IMG/VR virus record: IMGVR_UViG_3300037487_000581
Span: 4,993-68,992 of that record
Origin: a virus
Direction: 5' to 3' (one strand)
Length of the DNA: 64,000 nt
The notes beneath the pieces were generated by a model. The model was not told the DNA's origin. It was given only the letters and a program-made list of their open reading frames with translations, and ran no database searches. Made by a program: the position numbers and the translations under genes. Within the stretch, counting starts at the first letter, position 1; every line of letters starts with the position of its first letter. Below, in pieces: positions 8,346-17,315 of the stretch.

Positions 8346-8831
8346 TTACTCCGCAAATAAAACCCATTGAATCCCCGCTTTCTCTGCCAAGTCTTTTGAT
8401 GACTGCGAATATTCGCTAAGAAACACCACACGTTTTGCCGACGTATTCATGATCAATTTCATGCAATGGCGACAAGGGCTGACGGTGACGTAGACTGTAT
8501 GAATCTTTTGTACGTCGGCGCATTGAAGAAGCGCATTCTGTTCAGCATGGATGGCCTCACAAATCTCAAGCCCTTGACCTGAATCATGATCTGCTCCGGC
8601 GCATTTGTTAGGATAGTGATGTACGGTAGTCAACCCGTATAGTTCATACTTCGGCCCGGTGAGTTCTTCATTACAATGTGGCAGACCTCGCGCAACACCG
8701 TTATATCCTGTCGATGTGATGTGACCATAGATGTCAGTTATGACACAACCAACTTGCTTGCGGATACAAGTCCCCCGCTCAGCAAGGGATAATGCGAGGT
8801 CAAGGAAGATCTTATCTTTATCAGGGCGCAT
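8346..8831 (-). CDS. dCMP deaminase
   Basis: TC.RKQVGCVI, TGYNG, HAEQNA and SPCRHC zinc-deaminase motifs. Confidence 0.95.
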   Translation of the reverse strand: MRPDKDKIFLDLALSLAERGTCIRKQVGCVITDIYGHITSTGYNGVARGLPHCNEELTGPKYELYGLTTVHHYPNKCAGADHDSGQGLEICEAIHAEQNALLQCADVQKIHTVYVTVSPCRHCMKLIMNTSAKRVVFLSEYSQSSKDLAEKAGIQWVLFAE

Positions 8832-8955
8832 GTTTGATCCATTCTAAAATCTTGTGTTCTTGAGTCCATCCGTTACGATGGTGTTCAACGAGTCGCCAAG
8901 AACTGTAATTCCACGACATACCTCCCGGCCAATAGATTCTTTCAAATTGATCCAT
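8821..8955 (-). CDS. 44-aa Trp-rich hypothetical protein (not in ORF track)
   Basis: TGATG overlap with ligase; fills the gap to the deaminase; MDQFERIYWPGGMSW... Confidence 0.5.
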   Translation of the reverse strand: MDQFERIYWPGGMSWNYSSWRLVEHHRNGWTQEHKILEWIKHAP

Positions 8956-9881
8956 CATGATATATCATCCTTATGGCGGATACTCTTCATCGTCGGAAAG
9001 CGCGGTTTATCCTTGCTCCCGGTTGCGAAGAAGGTATAGTTTACGATGATTGAAGGGATGTCGGTTCTTCGCAATAGACCGCCGTTATTCATAAACCAAT
9101 GTCGATCGAAATCTAAACGCGCCCACCACCAATCACGATCAGCATCACTGAAACCTGTACCGATATTGAACTCAACGCCTGTTTTCAAATCACGTACAAT
9201 CAATGCACCCATTGTTCCCATCGGTTCAAGGTTCTCTTGGTGCGAAGTGCGCTTTGTCTGACCGAGTTCACCAACGGTCGCCTCGTTTGCATTGTGAAGT
9301 TTCTCTTCCATACCGATGACCAATGCTTCGCTATCCTCAAATCGCTTGAGTTTAAGCAACCACCCTTCCTTCGTCGTACTTCGCCCGTTCTTGTACGGCC
9401 CGCCGATATCACGCAACATCACACCTTCATAACCCCGCGTAAGATACATGTCTTCGAGTTCATCAATTTCATCTGGTCGCCAAACATAATGATGAGGTAC
9501 GAGTATCAATGGTCCCTTTTCACCATAAGGTAATGTTGAGAACCTAGTCTCCCAAGTGACTGCAGTCAAGTCGTGTCGGTCAAACACATGGTAATTGACA
9601 TCAGGTTCACCATCACGTGACATCACACCTGACGTTGTTTTCAGGAAACAGTTTTTGTCAGCAGCAGGACCGACAATCAACTCACCATCGTAACCTTCAA
9701 GATGTGCGAACAATTTCTGCACATGACGATTCGGTATCGGCTTGAGACTGCGGCTCATAACGACCCCATCTTTGACAATGGCCCGGATACCATCCAACTT
9801 CGGACTCAGTGCTAAAGGGAACTTTAGCTGACTGAGATCTTCCGGTGCTTTACCGGCAAGCATGGGTTTGAATTGACTCAT
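8955..9881 (-). CDS. ATP-dependent DNA ligase
   Basis: PMLA, KLDGIR, DGEL, EGVMLR, LLKLK, IGTGF and PRFP motifs. Confidence 0.95.
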   Translation of the reverse strand: MSQFKPMLAGKAPEDLSQLKFPLALSPKLDGIRAIVKDGVVMSRSLKPIPNRHVQKLFAHLEGYDGELIVGPAADKNCFLKTTSGVMSRDGEPDVNYHVFDRHDLTAVTWETRFSTLPYGEKGPLILVPHHYVWRPDEIDELEDMYLTRGYEGVMLRDIGGPYKNGRSTTKEGWLLKLKRFEDSEALVIGMEEKLHNANEATVGELGQTKRTSHQENLEPMGTMGALIVRDLKTGVEFNIGTGFSDADRDWWWARLDFDRHWFMNNGGLLRRTDIPSIIVNYTFFATGSKDKPRFPTMKSIRHKDDIS

Positions 9882-10117
9882 TTGTTCCTCTCAATCAACA
9901 TTTGATCTGCCATTTCGTAAGCGCACTCGGCGATAGTTTTAACAGAAACAATCTCGGCTTGGGGACTTCGTAAGTAACTGTCCATCGCCTTCGCAGCGAA
10001 GTAATCACGAAGCGTCATACCGTCAGTCAAATACTGGAAAACTGTTGTTTCACCAGTTGTGTTGTTTTGTGAAATCTGTGTTCCAGTTGGAAATGCCGGA
10101 CCTCCGTTATTAGGCAT
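9878..10117 (-). CDS. Conserved small phage protein (GGPAFP...GMTLRDYFAAKAM family)
   Basis: Characteristic motif; likely start MPNNGG. Confidence 0.8.
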   Translation of the reverse strand: MPNNGGPAFPTGTQISQNNTTGETTVFQYLTDGMTLRDYFAAKAMDSYLRSPQAEIVSVKTIAECAYEMADQMLIERNK

Positions 10118-10308
10118 AGTAATAGTCTCCACCCATTGGTGACTTGTACAGATTCGACTCGTCAACGTTTTCACGAGCTTCTTTCCAGTTATCAACCACA
10201 ATCACCTGCCCATTGGGCACCCATTCCCTTGCATCAATTTCATCTTCAGCAATAAGGGCAACCCGTTCGGTAACTTTACTCTGGCATACCACATACGTTT
10301 TAGACATG
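10110..10308 (-). CDS. Hypothetical protein
   Basis: ORF track 10110-10331; start near MSKTY is approximate. Confidence 0.55.
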
Positions 10309-10454
10309 TTCGTCAATCCTTCTATTATCAATAAGATATTTAATGATGTTCTTCAGCACATCGTTCTCTTGTTGCAACACTAAAATCTTGCGGTCAAGTT
10401 CCACACCTTGTTTGGCAAGGAACAACAGACGCTCAAACAATTCATCGTAGCTCA

Positions 10455-10691
10455 TTAGAAAACTTCCTTATCGTTTGCAGGTGTAAATCGATATTGACAA
10501 CCGATCAGCTCTAACTTGTCTTCATCTGAAATATCGAGTCTGTCTATAACACGGCTAACGATTTCAGTTAAGTTTCTTACCAACGATTCGAGTTGTTCAA
10601 GTTGACCACCACCGTCATTAGAATTACGCTCAATCAATTGGTATGTATTTAACTCGCTGACAGTGTAATAAAGTTGATCTAAGACTCTCAT
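10455..10691 (-). CDS. Hypothetical protein
   Basis: Likely start MRVLDQ overlapping the upstream stop. Confidence 0.6.
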   Translation of the reverse strand: MRVLDQLYYTVSELNTYQLIERNSNDGGGQLEQLESLVRNLTEIVSRVIDRLDISDEDKLELIGCQYRFTPANDKEVF

Positions 10692-10888
10692 TCTAGTTCC
10701 TCGATCAGTCGCTGCGTGTTCTTGATACGCGACAACCAATAGTCAACTTGGCGATGCTGTTCGCTGGCAGTTTTCCAATCGCGGTCATCAAGGCTGTTGA
10801 TTGTCATCTCAAGTGCGATACGCGTCTTTTCAATTTGCTGCTCGACCTTGTCAAGTAGCCACGCTTCAATTTGTTGCTTGGTCATCAT
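10688..10888 (-). CDS. Hypothetical protein
   Basis: 66 aa; first gene after the 10916-10958 promoter. Confidence 0.65.
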   Translation of the reverse strand: MMTKQQIEAWLLDKVEQQIEKTRIALEMTINSLDDRDWKTASEQHRQVDYWLSRIKNTQRLIEELE

Positions 10889-10908
10889 GTCTATACCCCT
10901 ATAAATTA

Positions 10909-10958
10909 CCGTTACATAACGGCCTGCAAACTATAGCGCAGGCCGTTATCGCTTACAA
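10909..10958 (-). promoter_or_regulatory. Stem-loop promoter
   Basis: TTGTAA-N17-TATAGT; the -10 lies in the loop of a perfect 12-bp inverted repeat (10916-10927/10938-10949); palindrome CCGTTA-CA-TAACGG at 10909-10922. Confidence 0.75.
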
Positions 10959-10965
10959 CACCATT

Positions 10966-11973
10966 TTAATCACCGTACCCAATGCGACGCAGTAGTTCTT
11001 GGAAGGATTGTTTGCCACCCGCTCCTTGTAGATTACCGCGCCCTGCTGTCTGCAATTGACCAAGAGTCGGCTGACCACCAGAGGCTTGTATCAATTTCTG
11101 TATAATCCCCTCATTGGCACCTGAGTTCATCCGTTGACTACCTTGACGCAATGCGTTGAGCAACGAAGTATTAACTGGCGGGGTCGGCCCACCTTGCGGC
11201 ATTTGCAATCCAGGAGGAGGCGTTCTAGTTCCCTGACCTAACGTCGGCATACGCGCACCGCGACCCAATGCTTGATCAGCACCGGGAGGCATGTACTGAC
11301 CACGACCAGCGAAAGCGGGGATCTGAGGAGACGGAGGCATTTGACCACCTTGTCCTAGCGGGCGCGGACCTTGCATCTTAGCCAACATCGCTTTGACAGC
11401 ACCGGGATTCATACCGTCCACAGGGCGCACATTGGATATTGCCGTTGTTGCGCCGGGGTGGTTTACCGCACCACGCACCGCACCAGTAGTTATCCCTGCC
11501 CTTGGTAATGCCCTAGGCGCTGCTCCTGCTAATGCGCCTATACCTTTGGTTAGGCCAAGCGCACCGAGGCCCATAAGCGGTTTCATTAAAGGTAACAATT
11601 CTTCAGGGTAAGCGCCTTCCACAGCACCTTCACCCATGTCAGGGCGATTGGGAGACAATGCTGCATCAATGTCAGCTTGCATACCAGCATACGGGTCACT
11701 TGCCATACTATGTGCTTGGGGATTACCTGGAACTGAAAGACTTTCACCGGCCTCAATCAAATTGGGATTCTTAATTTGAGGATTGAGACGAATGAGTTCG
11801 CGAACTTTGACACCGTATTCTGCGGCAATACTTGACAACGTGTCACCGGGTTTGATTTCTCTATTTGAAACAGGTGGGGAGATATTTGCTACGATTTCAG
11901 CCATCGTCCTAACTGGGGATTCTTCATCTCCAAGACCTAGTGATTTCAGAGTGCTAGAACGATAATAATCCAT
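10966..11973 (-). CDS. LysM peptidoglycan-binding protein with Pro/Gly/Gln-rich tail
   Basis: [43 protein letters not shown] is a LysM domain. Confidence 0.85.
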   Translation of the reverse strand: MDYYRSSTLKSLGLGDEESPVRTMAEIVANISPPVSNREIKPGDTLSSIAAEYGVKVRELIRLNPQIKNPNLIEAGESLSVPGNPQAHSMASDPYAGMQADIDAALSPNRPDMGEGAVEGAYPEELLPLMKPLMGLGALGLTKGIGALAGAAPRALPRAGITTGAVRGAVNHPGATTAISNVRPVDGMNPGAVKAMLAKMQGPRPLGQGGQMPPSPQIPAFAGRGQYMPPGADQALGRGARMPTLGQGTRTPPPGLQMPQGGPTPPVNTSLLNALRQGSQRMNSGANEGIIQKLIQASGGQPTLGQLQTAGRGNLQGAGGKQSFQELLRRIGYGD

Positions 11974-12088
11974 TTTGAATCTCCACTTGGCAATAATGCC
12001 AAGTATAGCTCAAAATTGAGGTGGGGCGCAGCATCCCTGCATTAACTTTGCTCCTTTCGGTTAAGGTTAATTTGCGCCCCATTGATCT

Positions 12089-12265
12089 TTACTTCAGTTT
12101 GATGAAGTCTTGAATGTGAATTTGACCAAGTTCTTTATCATAAAATCCAACAACAGTGTATTCTCCATCTTCATCCGCTAGATCGAATGCAATTGTTCCA
12201 ACAGGTACTACGTCTTTAGGGCAATTGGAAATATGTATCCAACTAGGGTCAATCAGTTCGTTCAT
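12089..12265 (-). CDS. 58-aa hypothetical protein (not in ORF track)
   Basis: TGATG overlap with dut; MNELIDPSW...FYDKELGQIHIQDFIKLK*. Confidence 0.55.
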   Translation of the reverse strand: MNELIDPSWIHISNCPKDVVPVGTIAFDLADEDGEYTVVGFYDKELGQIHIQDFIKLK

Positions 12266-12747
12266 CACTGTTTACCTGTGCTCCCGAATCCATTCGCACC
12301 GCGTTTCGTCTCATTACTGAACTCAGTAACAACTTCCATAAATGGGTGCAATGCAATGGTGAAAACAAGTTGGGCAATGCGATCCATCGGTTGAATATGA
12401 ACACTGTCATTGCTTTCGTTGTATAAGCAGACAACGATCTCACCTTGGTAGTCAGCGTCAATCAATCCAGGTGTATTGCGAGGCTTTACACCTTTACAAC
12501 CGAGACCAGAACGCGGCATGACAATGGCACAGGGAATGATCTTGACATTTGTTTCATTACCGTGTTCCAACTCTTCCACAAAACCTTTGGTCGCCATGTT
12601 CAGCGCAATCCCTGTTCCAATCTTCTCCTGCCCACCTGGAATAAGCCAGACGTCTTTATCAACACACGCACGGAGGTCATACCCTGCTGCTAAATCAGTT
12701 GACGGTTTAAACTCAGTCAACCGCTCATCTAAATATTTGATCTGCAT
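12265..12747 (-). CDS. dut: Trimeric dUTPase
   Basis: All five motifs: AGYDL, PRSG, GLIDADYQG, DRIAQL, RGANGFGSTG. Confidence 0.97.
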   Translation of the reverse strand: MQIKYLDERLTEFKPSTDLAAGYDLRACVDKDVWLIPGGQEKIGTGIALNMATKGFVEELEHGNETNVKIIPCAIVMPRSGLGCKGVKPRNTPGLIDADYQGEIVVCLYNESNDSVHIQPMDRIAQLVFTIALHPFMEVVTEFSNETKRGANGFGSTGKQ

Positions 12748-12902
12748 TAAAGCTCCTCAAAGAAAAATTTCTCAATTATTTCAATCAACTTTTGTTTAGA
12801 AAACTGACCACCGTGACCTAATTCTTTATCATAAATCCAAACCAAGGTTTCATCTTCAGTGTCATCGTAAATCTCATAGTCTCCTATTTCAAATTTATCC
12901 AT
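12747..12902 (-). CDS. 51-aa hypothetical protein (not in ORF track)
   Basis: TAATG overlaps at both ends; MDKFEIGDYE...IYDKELGHGG...EEL*. Confidence 0.6.
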   Translation of the reverse strand: MDKFEIGDYEIYDDTEDETLVWIYDKELGHGGQFSKQKLIEIIEKFFFEEL

Positions 12903-13630
12903 TAAAACTTCTCCTTACCGTGAGAACAATGTTCTTCAGTTATCGGACAAAATCTGCAATTCCCACCACGCCCGTTCTTTTGCATATCACCAGGATTCTC
13001 AGGCCACACGTCAAAGCGGTAGCAACGGTCGATATCTTCGAGCGTTTCTTTAAACGGTTCAAACAGCTTATCCAAATCCTTGCGGTAGAACCAATCACTA
13101 ACTTGGTCGCTATAGTTCAAGAAGTGGAATGTCACCTTCACCTTGTTGACCTCAGGGTGCGCCGTCATAACCACCCAAGCGTAAAGCTGAAGTTGTTTGG
13201 TGATCTTGACCTTACCTGTCTTCCAATCGGCAATTTCACACGAATCACCGTCAATCTTCATCCAGTCAATATAACCTGTATACCAACGGTCAGGGTCTTC
13301 GTCGGAACAACGAACCAGTTTATTTTCTTTATACCAACCTTCAAATCTGACAGGAAAATGAGCTAACCACTTAAACGAATACCCGGCTTCACAAATCCCA
13401 TTCTTCGCTTTGTAGATATCGAGCACACGTTTCCACCGCGCCAATTCAGGATCCCAAACGTCATCACGAATATACTTTTCAATCAACTCGTGCAAACGCG
13501 CACCTTCGTTACCCGCCTTGGATTCTTCGCTCTTTATCAACCCTTTGGCACGGACAAGTTCGTATTGCTTGGGGCAAGTCATAAGACCTAGGCTGGAAAA
13601 TGACCAGCGGTAATGCGGAACTTCGTTCAT
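12902..13630 (-). CDS. PD-(D/E)XK exonuclease (Cas4/RecB-like)
   Basis: WSFSSL...CPK, G.RLH, GYID, IADWKTG, QL.LYA and C.FCP motifs; ATGA overlap at 13630. Confidence 0.9.
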   Translation of the reverse strand: MNEVPHYRWSFSSLGLMTCPKQYELVRAKGLIKSEESKAGNEGARLHELIEKYIRDDVWDPELARWKRVLDIYKAKNGICEAGYSFKWLAHFPVRFEGWYKENKLVRCSDEDPDRWYTGYIDWMKIDGDSCEIADWKTGKVKITKQLQLYAWVVMTAHPEVNKVKVTFHFLNYSDQVSDWFYRKDLDKLFEPFKETLEDIDRCYRFDVWPENPGDMQKNGRGGNCRFCPITEEHCSHGKEKF

Positions 13631-14235
13631 TTGCGTCTCCATGCGCCAATTGTTTGCCAATGACCGCCTTCAAGTTTCGGCTCTTTGACACACTCCCAAC
13701 CGTCAAACAACTTGACCAATTCTCGCGCCTTCTCAATATACTCCTTGTTCGTGCGATGAATCTCAAGAGTCACTTGTTTCACAAAGTTAGGAAGCGGTTT
13801 GGTCAAGAATGTGTATTCAGCTCCCTCGCAATCAATCTTAAGGACTTCAGGTCTGTGTGTCTTAAGAATGAAGTCAAATGAAACAGTCGGGACTTTTATT
13901 TCTTTACGACCTCGTGTCGGGCGCATGGTATGCGAACCTTTGTTGATACCGTCCTCATTGACGTAGAATGAAATCTCACCTTCGGAATCAGACACTGCCA
14001 AATGATGAGGGGTCACTTTGTAATCAAATACATTATGAACAAGAAGCTCGTAATTCTCTGGCTCAGGTTCATAGGAGAAAACTTGCTTCGCGTCCTTCTG
14101 AGCAAAGTAGACCGACGCCGCACCAAAACAAGCGCCGATGTCCATTACGACCTTGTCCTTAACGTCCATCCAACCGTAAGTACGAGCGATCTCTTTGACA
14201 ATATAGTCGTCGTACGTTCCTTCGCGTGTCTTCAT
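13627..14235 (-). CDS. FkbM-family SAM-dependent methyltransferase
   Basis: VMDIGACFG, SYEPEPENYELL and LKIDCEGAEY motifs. Confidence 0.9.
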   Translation of the reverse strand: MKTREGTYDDYIVKEIARTYGWMDVKDKVVMDIGACFGAASVYFAQKDAKQVFSYEPEPENYELLVHNVFDYKVTPHHLAVSDSEGEISFYVNEDGINKGSHTMRPTRGRKEIKVPTVSFDFILKTHRPEVLKIDCEGAEYTFLTKPLPNFVKQVTLEIHRTNKEYIEKARELVKLFDGWECVKEPKLEGGHWQTIGAWRRK

Positions 14236-15005
14236 TTTGCAATTCCTCGTTGATAAGACTTCTTCCAGCCGATACGTACATCAGTTCTAACGCCACCACC
14301 CCATGAACCTTTCGTCTCCTTCTCAACGGGTGTCACAAGACCGGGGTATTTCGCTGCCAATGCGAATGCAGCTTCCTTCTGTGTTTCCAACGTGCGGTAT
14401 TCCTTACAACCACCATCCATGTTAGAACCCGGTTGGTTGTTCGTAAACGTATTGATCTCAACATTCTTGAACCCGTTAGTCAACAGGGTCAACGTAACGT
14501 CGAAGTCTTCCATGACCTTCATTGCGGTAAAGTCACAACCTGCTTCAATGAACGATGGTTTGTGAATACCGAACACGCGCATGATACGAGTGTTCTCGCT
14601 CCACTCACCTTCCTTACGATTGTTACCCTCGCGTGATGAAATACCGACCATTGCATAACCACTGTCGATATGATCTTCAATCAAGTTCACCATCGCACGG
14701 AGATCTTCGGGTGTACAAGGTGTCAAATACAACGGATTGTCGGTTCGCTTACCGCGACGGGCAAAACTTAGGTCGTCGTCCATCATGATAACTTTATCAC
14801 CCGGATGGTAATCCATAATAAATTGACGCGTGTGACCAATACCTCGTTTGACATTATCTGGTTCGATGATGACTTGAAAACCTCGTTTGAAAAGATATTC
14901 AGCTTCAGTATCTCTACAAACGAGAGCGAAGTCAATCCCTGCTTCTCGTAAGGCTTTCGCAGTCTCTTGGCGATCAGTTCTTCCTAGGGTCGGAATGTAA
15001 ATCAT
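14232..15005 (-). CDS. GT-A fold DNA glycosyltransferase (TET/J-associated, GREB1/JGT-like)
   Basis: IYIPTLGR, GI..TRQ.I, MMDDD (DxD), MEDFDVTL and GGC..YRT motifs; coupled to the polymerase by ATGA overlap. Confidence 0.8.
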   Translation of the reverse strand: MIYIPTLGRTDRQETAKALREAGIDFALVCRDTEAEYLFKRGFQVIIEPDNVKRGIGHTRQFIMDYHPGDKVIMMDDDLSFARRGKRTDNPLYLTPCTPEDLRAMVNLIEDHIDSGYAMVGISSREGNNRKEGEWSENTRIMRVFGIHKPSFIEAGCDFTAMKVMEDFDVTLTLLTNGFKNVEINTFTNNQPGSNMDGGCKEYRTLETQKEAAFALAAKYPGLVTPVEKETKGSWGGGVRTDVRIGWKKSYQRGIAK

Positions 15006-16876
15006 ATCTTCTTACTCCTTGTCTTCTTGACTACAAGTGGGCGTTCTTTAAGACCGATATCCATCAACAAATCATTTACTTCGTTTGCATACCAATTGTA
15101 ATCCACATTGTTAGGAAAGTCAACAGGTAAATTCATGCAAGCAATTGCTCCATCGGAACGCGGTACTTTGTTACCAGACTTGACGTAATTGATTGTACCG
15201 GGTGAGTCTGTCCCATAGAACCAACGTACAGTCTTACCCAAATAAGTTCCAGCTTGGACACCTCCACCACGAACAGCGCGGGTTGTTAAAAACCTACTAA
15301 TCTCCTTACAATTTAGTATCGTTTCCTTTGGATCAGTACCGTCTTTAAGGAATGCGATCAATGCTTCATTGCATATATCGTTCTGTGGGTTCTTTTGCAA
15401 ACCTCCGGGGCTAAAGGTTCCTTTAGTTTTCACCTTACCGTCAGTCTTAATTGCGATGTAGTTATTCACATCGCGCGAATACAAGCCGGAGTAATATGTG
15501 TCTTCAAACTGGAACTTTGAGCGGCGCTCAAAATCACGTACGATTAAATCAACATCTTGACGTTGCTCTTTTGTGTAATACATCACAATACCGTCAGTAT
15601 TGGCTGACACAATTTGAATGTCATTAAGCTCAAGTTGTTCAATCAACATCAACAAGGTGAGCTGACCAGTGACTGTAACTTGAATCATTAGGTCAGGGGC
15701 GTACAGTGCTGAGTAAATAGAATTCAACTTGCCGAATGCGCCGTTAATCGTGATGCGAAGACCGTCCATTGTAACGACGCCGCGCTCAAGTTCTGCAATC
15801 AGTTCCTTAGTCAATTCTTCAAGGATGGCGTGTATTCGCTTGACCGTACCTTTTGCACCGACGCGGCGATCAACCAAGACCTTGAACACTTCAAGAAAAT
15901 ACGGACCGAGGTTCTCAGGGAACAACCCTTGATTCAGGATGATGGTTGGGTAATACGACGTAACGTCAATGTCGCGAAGTTCGTAGTCATCTTCATTGGT
16001 AAACGATCGCTCACTTTCTTGTGAGTGTAAACCTCCCATCCCTAACTTGTAAACACTCTGATTAATCTCAATCAATGTGTCAGCAAGTTCTTTAGTCATT
16101 TCAATCTGACCGTTGGTCTTAGCAGTAAATGGTGATCGGCGCACCATTTCAAGCACTTCTTGCAACTGAGGCGTTTTGTAACTGATGTAATCAGGAACCT
16201 TGTAAAAGAACTGTCTCTCCTTTACCGAAGGTTTGACAAGTTTCTTACCTGTAAGGCGAAACAACTCAGCTTTGATTACCGCTTCAGAAACCTGAGCGTC
16301 GGACTTGGAACGCAAGTCAGTGCGATACTCAGCAGACATAACTTCTCGTAGTTCAATACGACCCTTGACCTGATTGAACAATTCTCGTGTTGTCTCAAGG
16401 TCGTTTAAACAATAGTCAGCGACTTCCCGCATTTGTTGCCGTGTCAAAGGTTTATCAGGGTCATAAGGAAGACCCTGCAACTTTGGCATGTGCATACGCG
16501 CACCATACGCCTTGAGGCTAACCATAACGCCCGGTGCAACCTCTTTAATGTCAATATGGTCGTAGCTCAGTGCATTACACTTGAAATGCTTGTAAAAGTT
16601 CCAAGGTTTCATGTCATGCACAATTATAGCATCACTGGCTTCCTTCAACTCAGCACACTCCCTACCTGCAAGAGCCAAGCTGAGAATCGGGAAGTCATAG
16701 TTTACACCGTTGAATGTGACGACTGTATAGCTATTCATGATACGGCGGATACCTTCGATGTCAAGAACAGAATCGTCGTGCATCTCATATTCACGAATCT
16801 TACCTTCCATATTGATAAACTTGGCAAGGAAGAAATTCGGGTAAACTTCAAGGTCGAGGAAGATAGGGTCAGTCAT
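15002..16876 (-). CDS. Family B DNA polymerase with 3'-5' exonuclease domain
   Basis: ExoI DLE, ExoII FNG..YD, ExoIII YC.ND; motif A DVTSYYP, motif B RITINGAFG, motif C NTDG; likely start MTDPIF. Confidence 0.9.
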   Translation of the reverse strand: MTDPIFLDLEVYPNFFLAKFINMEGKIREYEMHDDSVLDIEGIRRIMNSYTVVTFNGVNYDFPILSLALAGRECAELKEASDAIIVHDMKPWNFYKHFKCNALSYDHIDIKEVAPGVMVSLKAYGARMHMPKLQGLPYDPDKPLTRQQMREVADYCLNDLETTRELFNQVKGRIELREVMSAEYRTDLRSKSDAQVSEAVIKAELFRLTGKKLVKPSVKERQFFYKVPDYISYKTPQLQEVLEMVRRSPFTAKTNGQIEMTKELADTLIEINQSVYKLGMGGLHSQESERSFTNEDDYELRDIDVTSYYPTIILNQGLFPENLGPYFLEVFKVLVDRRVGAKGTVKRIHAILEELTKELIAELERGVVTMDGLRITINGAFGKLNSIYSALYAPDLMIQVTVTGQLTLLMLIEQLELNDIQIVSANTDGIVMYYTKEQRQDVDLIVRDFERRSKFQFEDTYYSGLYSRDVNNYIAIKTDGKVKTKGTFSPGGLQKNPQNDICNEALIAFLKDGTDPKETILNCKEISRFLTTRAVRGGGVQAGTYLGKTVRWFYGTDSPGTINYVKSGNKVPRSDGAIACMNLPVDFPNNVDYNWYANEVNDLLMDIGLKERPLVVKKTRSKKI

Positions 16877-17087
16877 CGTCTCTGTCTGCAAAGAATTCCT
16901 CTTTGCGCCTCCTAACATATTGTTCGTAAGTTTGTTTGGATTCAAGCTCACCATCACACGCTTCGCATAACAAAACCATTTGTGTGTCTGTTTCCTTTGA
17001 ACCCCAATATTCATATGGACCGATACCTACGTCAGTCCATTCACCATCAACGTTCTCACCGCAGTGCGGACAGATCATTTTATTCAT
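16869..17087 (-). CDS. Small Zn-ribbon protein
   Basis: CPHCG...DVGIG.YEYWG...CEAC. Confidence 0.65.
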   Translation of the reverse strand: MNKMICPHCGENVDGEWTDVGIGPYEYWGSKETDTQMVLLCEACDGELESKQTYEQYVRRRKEEFFADRDDD

Positions 17088-17238
17088 GCCCCCATTGAAA
17101 ACCACAATCGTGACAAACCCAGTAGTCGCATTCATCAGCTAATGCGTCTGCATCGTGGTGATAATGGGCAGTGTCGTCGCTATCACATTTTGGGCAAGTT
17201 ACCCAGTCGTAGTAGACTTCTTCCTTGTTTTCATCCAT
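17080..17238 (-). CDS. 52-aa acidic Zn-ribbon protein (not in ORF track)
   Basis: MDENKEEV...CPKCDS...VCHDCGFQW; follows the ATAGGGG SD. Confidence 0.6.
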   Translation of the reverse strand: MDENKEEVYYDWVTCPKCDSDDTAHYHHDADALADECDYWVCHDCGFQWGHE

Positions 17239-17267
17239 TTCATAACCCCTATAGAATACCTTTGTTT

Positions 17268-17311
17268 ACTTGCGGCAGGTACATAATAACCCTACCGCAA
17301 GTCTTTTACAA
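17268..17311 (-). promoter_or_regulatory. Stem-loop promoter
   Basis: TTGTAA-N17-TATTAT; the -10 lies between arms ACTTGCGG (17268-17275) and CCGCAAGT (17295-17302). Confidence 0.7.
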
Positions 17312-17315
17312 CAGC

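Noticed and set aside
12902-13630. Cas4-like nuclease as evidence of a CRISPR system
   Set aside because: No repeat-spacer array or other cas genes; stand-alone PD-(D/E)XK exonucleases are routine in phage replication modules.
16877-17014. N-terminal extension of the polymerase given by the ORF track
   Set aside because: It overlaps a better-supported Zn-ribbon gene; the ExoI motif begins right after the ATG at 16876.
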